Positions 1-9,106 of a stretch of DNA of 64,000 nucleotides are shown in pieces (the stretch's first letter is position 1; every line of letters begins with the position of its first letter). This DNA is from an uncultured Alphaproteobacteria bacterium (GTDB lineage: Bacteria > Pseudomonadota > Alphaproteobacteria > RF32 > CAG-239): contig CALYBB010000036.1 in NCBI GenBank assembly GCA_944393715.1, positions 13,270-77,269 of the forward strand, given 5' to 3'. Position numbers and translations under genes: made by a program. The notes beneath the pieces were generated by a model. That model did not search any database. It was not told the DNA's origin and saw only the letters and a program-made list of their open reading frames with translations.

Positions 1-1840
1 GTGTCTTGTCCGCCAGTGTCAAATCAATCGTACCGTTATTGACGACATTGCCGGTTAGCAAAACATCGTTAATATTGTTAAGAGTTCCCGAGACATCAAG
101 ACTCGCCCCTTCATTAATAATAAAATTCTGCTCCGAACCGCCCATCGTCAAGTCGCTTTCCAGCCGTACCGAGCTGCCGGAGGCAACATCTATCGTGCTC
201 CATCCGCTGACTTGAACCGTGCCGGTCGGGCCGTTCTGGCCGCCTGTCGGATTAAAAATAACATAATTTCCGCCGCTCAGCGTCAATTTCTTGTCGGTTT
301 GCGGGTCGTTAATCAATTTTCCTTCAAAAGCTTCATTAACCCCGCCGTTGACCGTCAAAGAGCTCAAAGTATTATTGGCTGTAAAAAGATTGGCAAAATC
401 CAGATCCGAGCCAGAAGCATTAACATCAACATCCATCAACAACGAACCGCTGAGCAAAGTATCCGCACTAAGGTTGAGGATTGATCCGGCATTGGCGCTT
501 AAATTGGTTAAAGTGGTGCCGGTCGACGATTCCAGAATACCGCCGTCGCCGAGGGCAACATCGCTTGCCGTGCTTGCCGAAAGAGTCATCTTTCCGCCGT
601 TGTTTACAATAGCGCCGGTAATGGTGGCGGTGTCGGCTGTCATCTGTCCGCCGTCGTTAATGACGCTGTTTGATGCGGTTCCACCGCTGTTGACAACAAA
701 TAAACCTCCTTTGCCGACAGTGGTATTATCGGCAACGGCAGTATCGTTCACGGTAAATGATCCGCCGTCATTAACCGTCGTGGTGCTCGACTGTGCGCTA
801 TCATTAAGTATGACCTCGCCGCCATCGGCAATAGATGTATTATGAAGGGTGCTATTGCCGCTCGCCGTTACTTGTCCGGTTCCCGAAACAGTGGTGTTAT
901 AAGCCGACCCGCTAACAACCTGCATCTGTCCCGATACGACATTGGTTCCGCTGGTCTCGCCGACAACACCGCCGTTAACCGCCAGAGTGCCGCCGTCAAC
1001 CGTCAGCCCGTCAATCCGTCCGTTGCTGTCAACAACCAGTCTGGAATTTTCATAAAGGGTGTTTAGTCCGGAAACCACATTGTCCAAGATGGTCATCACC
1101 TGATCGCCATAATGCAGATTGCTGACCAAAGCAGACGTCGAAATATCAAAACCGCCGCCGCTTTCCGTATCAATAACAACATTTTCGCCTACGACGGCAT
1201 CAGGTGCCAGCGCTGTCAGAGTGCCGCCGTCGCTAAAAGAGCTGTCGGTTATCATACCGCCGCCGCTGATAGTCGCCGTACCGCCGGAAAAAGTTGAGTC
1301 GCTGATGGTGCCGCCGTCGTTCGCCGTCAGGGATGATCCCTGACTAACAGTAAAGTTTTTTGCTTCTCCGAGGTTTATGGAAGCCGTATCTCCGCTGGCG
1401 CCTTTCAGTCCGCTGGCTGTTATATCGGTCGAGAAATTAAAATGGCCGCCGTCTTGTACATTCACATTGGAAATAATGGAACCAGAGGTTAAGGCGTTGA
1501 TGGTACCGCCGCTGGCTACAAGAACATCCGTCGCATTGCCGCCGGCAACATTTAATTGACCGCCGTCATTGATGGTGGCTGTTTTTGCTGACCCGCCGTC
1601 GTTAACGTTAACCATGCCGCCTCTGTTAATGGTTGTATTGGTCGCGCTGCCGCCTTCATTAATGTTTAACGTTGCTTCGCCGCCGCCGCTGATAGTCTGG
1701 TCGCTGACCGTTGTGTTGCCGTCGACATCCGGCACATCTAAAGCCGCTGCGTCAAAAGCCGCAAAAACACCAATAATCGCTGTTATGACAGCGGTTTCAA
1801 GGCGTAAAATATGTTTAGTTATATCAGCCACGGCAATCAA
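1..1840 (-). CDS. Partial large secreted repeat protein, autotransporter/adhesin passenger-like (C-terminus lies beyond the window start)
   Basis: The minus-strand frame is open from the window edge to a TTG/GTG start near 1831-1840. My own translation reads ..VADITKHILRLETAVITAIIGVFAAFDAAALDVPDVDGNTTVSDQTISGGGEATLNINEGGSATNTTINRGGMVNVNDGGSAKTATINDGGQLNV.. It has a signal-peptide-like N-terminus followed by reiterated NxGG/GGxA repeats typical of adhesin passengers. It is absent from the ORF track because it runs off the window. The plus-strand ORFs 6..1919 are its shadow frames. Confidence 0.7.
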   Translation of the reverse strand, partial: MIAVADITKHILRLETAVITAIIGVFAAFDAAALDVPDVDGNTTVSDQTISGGGEATLNINEGGSATNTTINRGGMVNVNDGGSAKTATINDGGQLNVAGGNATDVLVASGGTINALTSGSIISNVNVQDGGHFNFSTDITASGLKGASGDTASINLGEAKNFTVSQGSSLTANDGGTISDSTFSGGTATISGGGMITDSSFSDGGTLTALAPDAVVGENVVIDTESGGGFDISTSALVSNLHYGDQVMTILDNVVSGLNTLYENSRLVVDSNGRIDGLTVDGGTLAVNGGVVGETSGTNVVSGQMQVVSGSAYNTTVSGTGQVTASGNSTLHNTSIADGGEVILNDSAQSSTTTVNDGGSFTVNDTAVADNTTVGKGGLFVVNSGGTASNSVINDGGQMTADTATITGAIVNNGGKMTLSASTASDVALGDGGILESSTGTTLTNLSANAGSILNLSADTLLSGSLLMDVDVNASGSDLDFANLFTANNTLSSLTVNGGVNEAFEGKLINDPQTDKKLTLSGGNYVIFNPTGGQNGPTGTVQVSGWSTIDVASGSSVRLESDLTMGGSEQNFIINEGASLDVSGTLNNINDVLLTGNVVNNGTIDLTLADKT

Positions 1841-1931
1841 TACCCTTTTGGTTTCGCCGGCGTTAAACAGAATCCGGCCTTCAAGCTTGGTTAACCCAAG
1901 GGTAGATAATAAAACTTAATAAAAAATTACC

Positions 1932-2035
1932 GATTCCCTTCAACAAAACAGGCGATTCGCGTCAAACCGTTATCCGGATTCGTTTTGAGTCCGGTCAAAA
2001 AATTTTTCCGAATCGCCGTCAAATTTTTCCGAATC
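1932..2035. promoter_or_regulatory. Cluster of six GANTC (CcrM-type) sites within reiterated CGAWTCG motifs, upstream of the adhesin-like gene
   Basis: GATTC at 1932, 1954 and 1977; GAGTC at 1987; GAATC at 2010 and 2031. Spacings are 22, 23, 10, 23 and 21 bp. TTTTTCCGAATCG occurs twice, and TTCCGAATCGGAA is a 13-bp palindrome. Confidence 0.5.
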
Positions 2036-2058
2036 GGAAAATAAGCCTCGAATAAGAG

Positions 2059-3288
2059 CTAAAAAACGGATGTTTGATGAATTTGGTTGTTCTTTACCTG
2101 CAAAAACTGCGCTTGTCCGCGCAAAGAATCAAAAAGTTCCGGATTGGTGGACGTTATCCATGCCTGAATATTCAAAGCCGTTATTTTTTCAAGCAAAGCT
2201 TCGCGCTTAATATCATCCAAATGCGCCGCCACTTCGTCCAAAAGCAAAACCGGAGCAAACCCTTTATAAAGAGTTTGACATTTGGTCTGTGCCAAAAGAA
2301 TGCTGATTAAAAGAGATTTTTGTTCGCCGGTCGAGCACAAATCCGCCGGCATCCCTTTTTTCTTAAAATAAACCTTAAAATCCGTGCGGTTAACCCCATC
2401 CGGATTGTCGTTTTCCAACACAAAACGACGCTGCCTTTTCATCATACCGCGGTATTCGTCCTCAATTTCAACCGCGGCGCTATTGTCCAGACCTTTTTCT
2501 ATTGTGCCGTCAAGCTCCAACCGCACCGAAGGAAACACGTCATCCGGCTCATTTTCAATAAAAGCATTCAACCGTGCGACCTGTTCGCGCCGCGCCGCTG
2601 CAATAGCAACACCGACAGCAGCCATCTGTTCTTCCAACAAACCAAGCCAGCAGTCATCGTTTTTGCCCTCTTTGATCAAACGATACCACTCGCGGTACAA
2701 ATGCTCAAAAATCGCCGTCCTTTTGGCGTGTTCCATATCAAAAGCATAAACCAAACGATCCAAAAACGCCCGCCGCGGCTGGCTGCCGCCGCGAAACAGC
2801 CTGTCCATCTGCGGTGTCAGCCAAACCGCCGAAAAATAGCGCCCGAGCTCGGCTTGAGACGCTGTTTTGTTGCCGTCGATCTTAACAATTCGCCGTTCAA
2901 AAGAGCGGATATCATCTTCGTCGGCTTCGCGGCTGCTTTTTTCAACCGCCGTTGCCAGCGTACAATGATTGCCGTTAAGGCTCACTTCCGCAGCAATTGC
3001 CCAACTCAACGGCGAAACAAAAGAAATATCGCTCGAACCGGTAATCTGTGGAATAAAACGTTTAATGTCCGCCAGTCTGGCACCACGCAGCCCCCGCCCC
3101 GGAGTCAAAAAAGAAATTGCTTCCAAAATATTGGTTTTTCCGCTACCGTTTTCGCCAAAAATAACAACCGGAGCAATCGGCGCATTAATCCTCAATGCCG
3201 CATAATTCCTAAAGTTAGTTAAAGTCAGGCGTTCAACACCTGACTTTAACTGAGTTACCTGAGCCAAATTATGCGCTAATCCGTCCAT
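2059..3288 (-). CDS. recF: DNA replication and repair protein RecF
   Basis: 409 aa. N-terminal LTLTNFRNY plus Walker A GENGSGKTNILEAI, and a C-terminal SxGEQK signature (CSTGEQKSLLISILLA) with LLLDEVAAHLD. It follows dnaN directly. Confidence 0.92.
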   Translation of the reverse strand: MDGLAHNLAQVTQLKSGVERLTLTNFRNYAALRINAPIAPVVIFGENGSGKTNILEAISFLTPGRGLRGARLADIKRFIPQITGSSDISFVSPLSWAIAAEVSLNGNHCTLATAVEKSSREADEDDIRSFERRIVKIDGNKTASQAELGRYFSAVWLTPQMDRLFRGGSQPRRAFLDRLVYAFDMEHAKRTAIFEHLYREWYRLIKEGKNDDCWLGLLEEQMAAVGVAIAAARREQVARLNAFIENEPDDVFPSVRLELDGTIEKGLDNSAAVEIEDEYRGMMKRQRRFVLENDNPDGVNRTDFKVYFKKKGMPADLCSTGEQKSLLISILLAQTKCQTLYKGFAPVLLLDEVAAHLDDIKREALLEKITALNIQAWITSTNPELFDSLRGQAQFLQVKNNQIHQTSVF

Positions 3289-4407
3289 CTATACTCTCAT
3301 CGGCATCAAAACATAAATGGCGCTGGTATCAGACGTATCATGAATAACCGAAGGTGACGATGCATCAGCAAAAGATATCCGCACTGTGTCTCCTTTAACC
3401 TCCGCCAAAATGTCCAAAAGATATCGGAAATTATAACCAATCTCAAGCTCTTCCGATTCGTATTTTGCCTCCAAATCTTCCGACGCGCTGCCCAAATCGG
3501 GGCTGGACGTAACAATCGTTACTTTATTGGGGTGAGTCAGCATTTTAATGGCTCTCGTTCTTTCAGCCACTACCGAAACACGATCAACCGCCGCCGCCAA
3601 ATCCTTAACCGAAAGTTCCAGCGACTTGTCATTATCGGTCGGAATAACACGTTCATAATCGGGGTAAGTACCATCAATCAATTTTGATGTTAAGGTAATA
3701 TCGGTAACCGAAAAACGCACTTTGTTCTCGGAAATTTCCACTGTAACATTTTCAACCGAACTATCATCTAAAAGCTTGCGAATTTCAGCAACGGTTTTGC
3801 GCGGAATAATCACGCCTTTTAAGTTCTCGGCTCCTTTGGGCAGCGGCGTCTCAACACAAGCCAAACGATGTCCGTCGGTGGCAACAATCCGCAAAACTTC
3901 GGAAGCACCTTCCTTTTTTGCATGAACAAACAAGCCGTTCAGATAATAGCGCGTTTCTTCTGTAGAGACAGCAAACTGCGTCCGGTCAATTACGTCTTTC
4001 AATTCATCTTTGGCCATAACAAAAGACGTCGGCAGCTTATCGCCGGAAATAACCGGAAAATCTTCCACCGCAATTGTTGAAAGCGAAAACTTCGATCTGC
4101 CAGAAGCAATGGTCAATCGGCCATTATCGTCAGGGTAAATCAGCTCAACTTGCGAACCATCCGAAAGTTTGCGCACAATATCATAAAGCATATGTGCTGG
4201 AGCTGTCGTTGCACCGGTCTCGGCAATTTTGGCATCGGCCATCTCTGTGATTTCCGTATCCATATCCGTCGCCTTAAAACTGATGCCGTCGCCCAACGCC
4301 TCGATTCTGACATTTGACAGTACCGGAATGGTGTTTCTTTTCTCAACAATACTCTGCACATGGCTCAGAGTTTTCAATAAATTAGCACGCTCAATCGTAA
4401 ATCTCAT
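3289..4407 (-). CDS. dnaN: DNA polymerase III beta sliding clamp
   Basis: The track ORF is 3289..4572. I trimmed the start to the ATG at 4407 (MRFTIERANLLKTLSHVQSIVEKRNTIPVLSNV..). This gives about 372 aa and removes the overlap with dnaA. Confidence 0.92.
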   Translation of the reverse strand: MRFTIERANLLKTLSHVQSIVEKRNTIPVLSNVRIEALGDGISFKATDMDTEITEMADAKIAETGATTAPAHMLYDIVRKLSDGSQVELIYPDDNGRLTIASGRSKFSLSTIAVEDFPVISGDKLPTSFVMAKDELKDVIDRTQFAVSTEETRYYLNGLFVHAKKEGASEVLRIVATDGHRLACVETPLPKGAENLKGVIIPRKTVAEIRKLLDDSSVENVTVEISENKVRFSVTDITLTSKLIDGTYPDYERVIPTDNDKSLELSVKDLAAAVDRVSVVAERTRAIKMLTHPNKVTIVTSSPDLGSASEDLEAKYESEELEIGYNFRYLLDILAEVKGDTVRISFADASSPSVIHDTSDTSAIYVLMPMRV

Positions 4408-4519
4408 CTTCCTAAAACCCATAAAAAACGACTTATTGTTAACTTTGCCAAAGATAATAGCATAACCAGCCAAAATCAAAAGACAAAACAATAAGTCGTC
4501 AACAGCTTTTTGAGAAAGA

Positions 4520-5959
4520 TTAGGCTTCCAGTATTCGCCGCAATGCCTCGACATTTTCTGCCAAAGAAACATCCTCTATAATCAGCTCTTCAACCTTACG
4601 CACCGCATGCATGACTGTCGTGTGATCACGGTCAAATTTGCGGCCAATCTCCGGCAGTGAACGCGATGTCAACTGTTTGGCTAAATACATAGCAATCTGC
4701 CGCGGACGGGCAACGGTTCTGGCGCGTCTGGAAGACTGCATCTCCTTAACCGAAATATTAAAATATTCGGCAACTTTCTTCTGAATTTCATCAATGGTTG
4801 TCCGCTTATCAAATGAGCGTAACATGTCTTTTAACACGTCTTGCGTCATATCCAGCGTAATTTCATGATTGTTCAACAACTGAGAGTGAGCAATAACACG
4901 ACGCAATGCACCCTCCAGTTCGCGAATATTTGACGTAATTTTGGTCGCCAGAAACTCAGCCACTTTTTGCGGCAGATCAAAACCAAGCTGATTGGCTTTG
5001 CTGTTCAAAATACCCATCCGTAAATCAAAATCGGTCGGATGGATGTCAGCAACCAAACCGCAGCCGAGCCGCGATTTAAGATGCGCCTCAATTCCTTCCA
5101 GATCAGCCGGTGATTTATCTGCCGAAATAATAATCTGCCGCCCTTCCTCAATCAAAGAATTAAAGGTGTAGAAAAATTCCTTCTGAGTCGTATCCTTTCC
5201 GCCCATAAATTGAACATCATCAACCATCAACACGTCAACCGAACGGAACTGTTCCTTAAAAGCTGTCATATCTTTATAACGCAGAGCACGCACAAATTTG
5301 TACATAAATTTTTCGGCCGATAGATAAACAACATGGCGGCTGGGATCCTGTTGTTTGATATGCCAAGCAATAGCGTGCATCAAATGCGTTTTTCCCAACC
5401 CGACGCCGGAATACAAAAATAAAGGATTAAACGATATATTGCGTGATTCGGCAACTTTACGAGCCGCTGCATACGCAAATTCATTGGTCTTACCAACCAC
5501 AAAATTGTCAAAAGTGTACTGAGGATTGAGCGGAACAGACAATGAATCGCTCAATATACCATCATTGGCATTAGCGGCAGCATTGATGCCGGAGTGGTAA
5601 ACATCTTGCGGCAGCGGCGTCGAGTTGATTTTTTTAAGAAGCGAACGACAAGTCGGGTTGTACAATCCTCTAGAAATAACAGCCTCCTGACCAGCCTGTA
5701 CAACAAAATTAACACTTTGAATCTGCGGATTCTTTTTTTGCCAAATCTTGTGGATTCTATCGCTGTAATTTGTAATAACCCAGTTCCTCATAAAACGGGT
5801 CGGAACACAAATATTCATGGTTCCGTCGCTAAAAGAGCCGACAGTCAAAGGCTTCAACCAGCTGTCAAAAGCCGTCTCGCCAATCTCTGTCTTCAACTGA
5901 GCGCAAATTTGTTCCCACTGATCCAAAACGGTTGCGTCATTAGTTGCTTCTTCAGCCAT
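4520..5959 (-). CDS. dnaA: Chromosomal replication initiator DnaA
   Basis: AAA+ core GVGLGKTHLMHAI and a C-terminal DnaA-box-binding helix (DHTTVMHAVRKV). The ATG at 5959 (MAEEATN..) is preceded by GGGGAG. The track start at 5983 is an alternative. Confidence 0.95.
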   Translation of the reverse strand: MAEEATNDATVLDQWEQICAQLKTEIGETAFDSWLKPLTVGSFSDGTMNICVPTRFMRNWVITNYSDRIHKIWQKKNPQIQSVNFVVQAGQEAVISRGLYNPTCRSLLKKINSTPLPQDVYHSGINAAANANDGILSDSLSVPLNPQYTFDNFVVGKTNEFAYAAARKVAESRNISFNPLFLYSGVGLGKTHLMHAIAWHIKQQDPSRHVVYLSAEKFMYKFVRALRYKDMTAFKEQFRSVDVLMVDDVQFMGGKDTTQKEFFYTFNSLIEEGRQIIISADKSPADLEGIEAHLKSRLGCGLVADIHPTDFDLRMGILNSKANQLGFDLPQKVAEFLATKITSNIRELEGALRRVIAHSQLLNNHEITLDMTQDVLKDMLRSFDKRTTIDEIQKKVAEYFNISVKEMQSSRRARTVARPRQIAMYLAKQLTSRSLPEIGRKFDRDHTTVMHAVRKVEELIIEDVSLAENVEALRRILEA

Positions 5960-6532
5960 TTCTACTCCCCAATCTAATCTCAAAAAAATTAAACCCCTGT
6001 CAGCCTGCCGCCTTCAATCCGATGCCTGTTCCGCTTAACCAGCTATTTGTTTCAGCATACCGCCGAAATACAAACATTTCCACAGGTCTTTCATCTCTCG
6101 ACATTAGTATCCGCCTTCATACGCCATCATCAATACCCGTGCGTTAACAATCATTCACAAAGCAACGGCGCCTCCGGCAGAAATCAAGATCTTCCTCAGA
6201 CGCGAGATCTAAAAATTCCCCTTTCTCAAATCCCCAAGCATCTGGCCGACAACTAATAGATAGACGGTTCTGTCTCGCTTTTTAGATTCTAAAAACTCCA
6301 AATTTAATCCAAAATTTTTTCTCAAAACTACAACAATGCCGAAACAAAAAAAACAAAGGCAAATGTATTTTTGGATTCTAAAAAAATTTCAAATTCAATT
6401 CAAAATTCTCTAACAAAGTTACTTGGATATTAGGTCAAAAAAAAATAAAAACAACAGAACTTTTATCGAACATTTTAATTAAATTTCTTGACAGGGCTAT
6501 TTACAGGAGTCGCACGGATTCTGCCGCTTTCG

Positions 6533-6590
6533 ACAAAAAAAGACACAAACCTCAATCCCCTATCTTTAGATAGAGTACAAAGTTTGTGTC
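6533..6590 (-). terminator. Rho-independent terminator downstream of rpsT
   Basis: GACACAAAC (6542-6550) pairs with GTTTGTGTC (6582-6590). There is an inner CTATC-TTTA-GATAG hairpin. A T-run follows on the minus strand (the A-run at 6535-6541). Confidence 0.6.
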
Positions 6591-6609
6591 AAAAATATTT
6601 TTGCTTGTA

Positions 6610-6870
6610 TTACAAAGCTTTAATTTTTTGCGACAACCGCGAAATCTTACGCGCGGCGGTGTTCATTTTGAAGACACCTTTATGAACGGCGCGCATCATC
6701 TCAGATTCGGCCGTTCTGAAAGCCGCCGCGGCCTGCTCTTTATCACCGGCGGCAATTGCAGCTTCGACTTTTTTAACAAAAGTACGAACACGGCTCCTGC
6801 GGGCGCCATTGATAACGGCTCGTTTATTGTTTCTTACGATTCTGCTTTTAGCAGATTTGTGATTAGCCAT
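6610..6870 (-). CDS. rpsT: 30S ribosomal protein S20
   Basis: [36 protein letters not shown].. is a typical S20. Start trimmed to the ATG at 6870. Confidence 0.92.
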   Translation of the reverse strand: MANHKSAKSRIVRNNKRAVINGARRSRVRTFVKKVEAAIAAGDKEQAAAAFRTAESEMMRAVHKGVFKMNTAARKISRLSQKIKAL

Positions 6871-6993
6871 TTTTTTATTCCATTCCAATTAAATAAAAAG
6901 TTACTCCTAATTTCTCGGATTATAGCTTTAGTAGCTTGAACAGCTTAAGAAGTCAACAATAATTTTGTCTTCAACGCCGATTCCCAGCGATTT

Positions 6994-7743
6994 TTATTTA
7001 AAATTTTCCAAAATACTCCTGAATTCTGGTGTATTCATACTGAGGCGGCAACTTTTCAGCTCCAATTCCAAGCCGTTTTGTAAATTCATATTTTCAACCT
7101 GCCTTAGAGTCTCTTTTGCTTGTAAAACAGCCTGATACGGCAGCGAAGCGATTCGATTGGCAACGCGCAACGCTTCGCCAAACAAATCACCAAGAGGAAC
7201 CGTTCGGCTGATCAAACCGCAAAGAGCAGCTTCTTCGGCAGACATGGCTTTTCCGGTTAAAATCATTTCCATGGCTTTTGCTTTGCCGATGCGGTGTATA
7301 AGCCGCGAACATCCGCCAAACGAAGGAATAGTTCCGATAGAAAGCTCCGGATAACCGATTTGTGTCGATTCTGCCGCCAAAACAATATCGCCGGCCAGCG
7401 CCAAATCACAGCCCAAACCCAAAGCATAGCCGGAAACGGCAACGATCAGCGGCTTGCTACAGTTGGCAATTTTATTAAATTCATCCTGCCAGGCCTTCAA
7501 AGCCAAACTTTGTTGCACAACTTCATCGCCTAAGGCTTTAATGTCGATTCCTGCGGCAAAAACACTATCAGAACCGCGCAAGATAATGCAGCGGATGGCG
7601 TCATCATATTCCCAAGCTTGAATCTGGTAGGCTGTTTCATTTAGCATTTCCAAATTGACGGCGTTCATTTCATCCGGACGATTAAGCGTAATAATGCCGG
7701 TTGAATTATCTATTTCTGTTAAGATTGTATTATTTTCTTCCAT
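6994..7743 (-). CDS. Enoyl-CoA hydratase/isomerase (crotonase) family protein
   Basis: ITLNRPDEMNAVN, FAAGIDIK and VSGYALGLGCDLALAGD crotonase motifs. The ATG at 7743 is preceded by GGGGA; the track start at 7755 is a TTG. Confidence 0.85.
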   Translation of the reverse strand: MEENNTILTEIDNSTGIITLNRPDEMNAVNLEMLNETAYQIQAWEYDDAIRCIILRGSDSVFAAGIDIKALGDEVVQQSLALKAWQDEFNKIANCSKPLIVAVSGYALGLGCDLALAGDIVLAAESTQIGYPELSIGTIPSFGGCSRLIHRIGKAKAMEMILTGKAMSAEEAALCGLISRTVPLGDLFGEALRVANRIASLPYQAVLQAKETLRQVENMNLQNGLELELKSCRLSMNTPEFRSILENFK

Positions 7744-7756
7744 TTTATTCCCCAAA

Positions 7757-8125
7757 TCAGAGCTTACTTTTAACCGTCAGGCGCACAATCAGCGGCTGCG
7801 TCGATTCTTTGCTGATTTCCAAAGTTTCTCCTTCGCGCTCAAACAAAATTTTCTTTTGTTCCTGTTGTTTAATTTGCCATCCCATTTGCGGCAGAGTTTC
7901 CTGATAAAAATGTCGGATTCCCGCAAAAGTCAGATTAGTCGAAGTCAAATAAACTTCAATCAAACGGATTTCCTCATTACCAAAACTCAAATTGCCGTTT
8001 TCAACCTGCTCCAAACCTTCCGGCAGAGGAATATCCTCAAGCCCCTCAACAAAAGCGGCCTGTGCGGAAAAGCTCATAAAAACAACTGTAATAGCCATCA
8101 TTACAAAAAAGAAAATTTGCCTCAT
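7757..8125 (-). CDS. Small secreted hypothetical protein
   Basis: Start trimmed to MRQIFFFVMMAITVVFMSFSAQA (signal peptide). Its ATG overlaps the mutM stop (ATGA at 8122-8125), which suggests translational coupling. Confidence 0.55.
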   Translation of the reverse strand: MRQIFFFVMMAITVVFMSFSAQAAFVEGLEDIPLPEGLEQVENGNLSFGNEEIRLIEVYLTSTNLTFAGIRHFYQETLPQMGWQIKQQEQKKILFEREGETLEISKESTQPLIVRLTVKSKL

Positions 8126-8964
8126 TTTTGTATCCTTTCGCAGTAAAAAGTAGACCTTCCGCCCAAAATAATTTTTTTTATACCACCAGTTTTTGCCGCA
8201 TTGCAAATACAATCGGGACAAGCTTGTCCGGTCTTATTATAAACGCAATGTTGATGCTGAAAATATCCAAAACTGCCATCGGGTTTTTGATAGTCACGCA
8301 AAGTAGATCCGCCGGCACGAATTGCTTCTTGCAGAACCTGACAAATAGCTTCGCTCAAAGCGCGGCACTCTTTGAAGCTGATTGAATAAGAACTCCGTTG
8401 CGGTAATATTCGTGCCCTATACAAAATTTCTGAGGCATAAATATTTCCTATTCCCGCAACGAGGCTTTGATCAAGCAGCGCTTGTTTGACAGATGTTTTT
8501 TTCTTTGTTTGTAGTTTATCAAATAAATACTGCGGTGTTAACCCGCCATCAAAAGGATCAATACCAATATGCGCAAACAAAGGATGTTGAGAAAGCTCAA
8601 TGGTTGGCAGGCAGATCAAAAGACCAAAGCGCCGCGGATCATTGTAAGTTATAACGCCATTACTCGTAGCTATAATAATATGGTCATTTTTTTCCGGCTT
8701 TTCAGGCGGTTTGTCGCTCAGCTTTATCTTGCCGCTCATCCCCATATGCCAGACAAGACTTTTAGAGTTGTTTAGGTCTATGATGATGTATTTGGCGATT
8801 CGCCGGTATTGATGAATCAAAGCGCCGCAAATCTGCGCAGCCAGATCATCGGGAACTTTTTGCCGCAAAGAGCCTTGACGAACAACAACATCGTCAATTC
8901 TGGCTCGTCCGATTCCTCTGGACAAAGCTTCTTTTATGGTTTCAACTTCTGGCAGTTCGGGCAT
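8122..8964 (-). CDS. mutM: Formamidopyrimidine-DNA glycosylase
   Basis: The MPELPEVE N-terminus is diagnostic of Fpg/Nei. There is a C-terminal zinc finger (CPDCICN...GGRSTFYC). Confidence 0.92.
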   Translation of the reverse strand: MPELPEVETIKEALSRGIGRARIDDVVVRQGSLRQKVPDDLAAQICGALIHQYRRIAKYIIIDLNNSKSLVWHMGMSGKIKLSDKPPEKPEKNDHIIIATSNGVITYNDPRRFGLLICLPTIELSQHPLFAHIGIDPFDGGLTPQYLFDKLQTKKKTSVKQALLDQSLVAGIGNIYASEILYRARILPQRSSYSISFKECRALSEAICQVLQEAIRAGGSTLRDYQKPDGSFGYFQHQHCVYNKTGQACPDCICNAAKTGGIKKIILGGRSTFYCERIQK

Positions 8965-9106
8965 ATTGCGCTATCCGTTTTCATAAACACATTCGTCCAA
9001 AGTATAAAGAGTTTTTCTGTGTAATACAATAAGAAATAAAATCTTGCGCTCAGTTATAAAGTAGACTATTTTCAAAAAATACGCCGTTAAATCAGCAAGG
9101 GACATA

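Noticed and set aside
6-1919. Five plus-strand ORFs (69-184 aa) in the first 1.9 kb, rich in P/S/L/V.
   Set aside because: They are fragmented, low-complexity shadow frames of a single uninterrupted minus-strand frame. That minus-strand frame has a signal peptide and coherent adhesin-type repeats.
3289-4572. Long N-terminal extensions in the ORF track for dnaN (to 4572), cmk (to 48988), dnaJ (from 58419), rpsT (to 6888), accD (from 42734), the PBP (to 21240) and the Lon-like gene (to 31957).
   Set aside because: Internal ATG codons give canonical N-termini ([63 protein letters not shown]) and remove gene overlaps. The extensions are hydrophobic or low-complexity read-through of intergenic DNA.
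5960-6609. The chromosomal origin (oriC) in the long spacer upstream of dnaA.
   Set aside because: I found no convincing cluster of DnaA boxes. The best matches are 6-7 of 9 to TTATCCACA, and flanking genes on both sides are on the same strand. In many alphaproteobacteria the origin is not next to dnaA. I kept the region only as a low-interest regulatory region.
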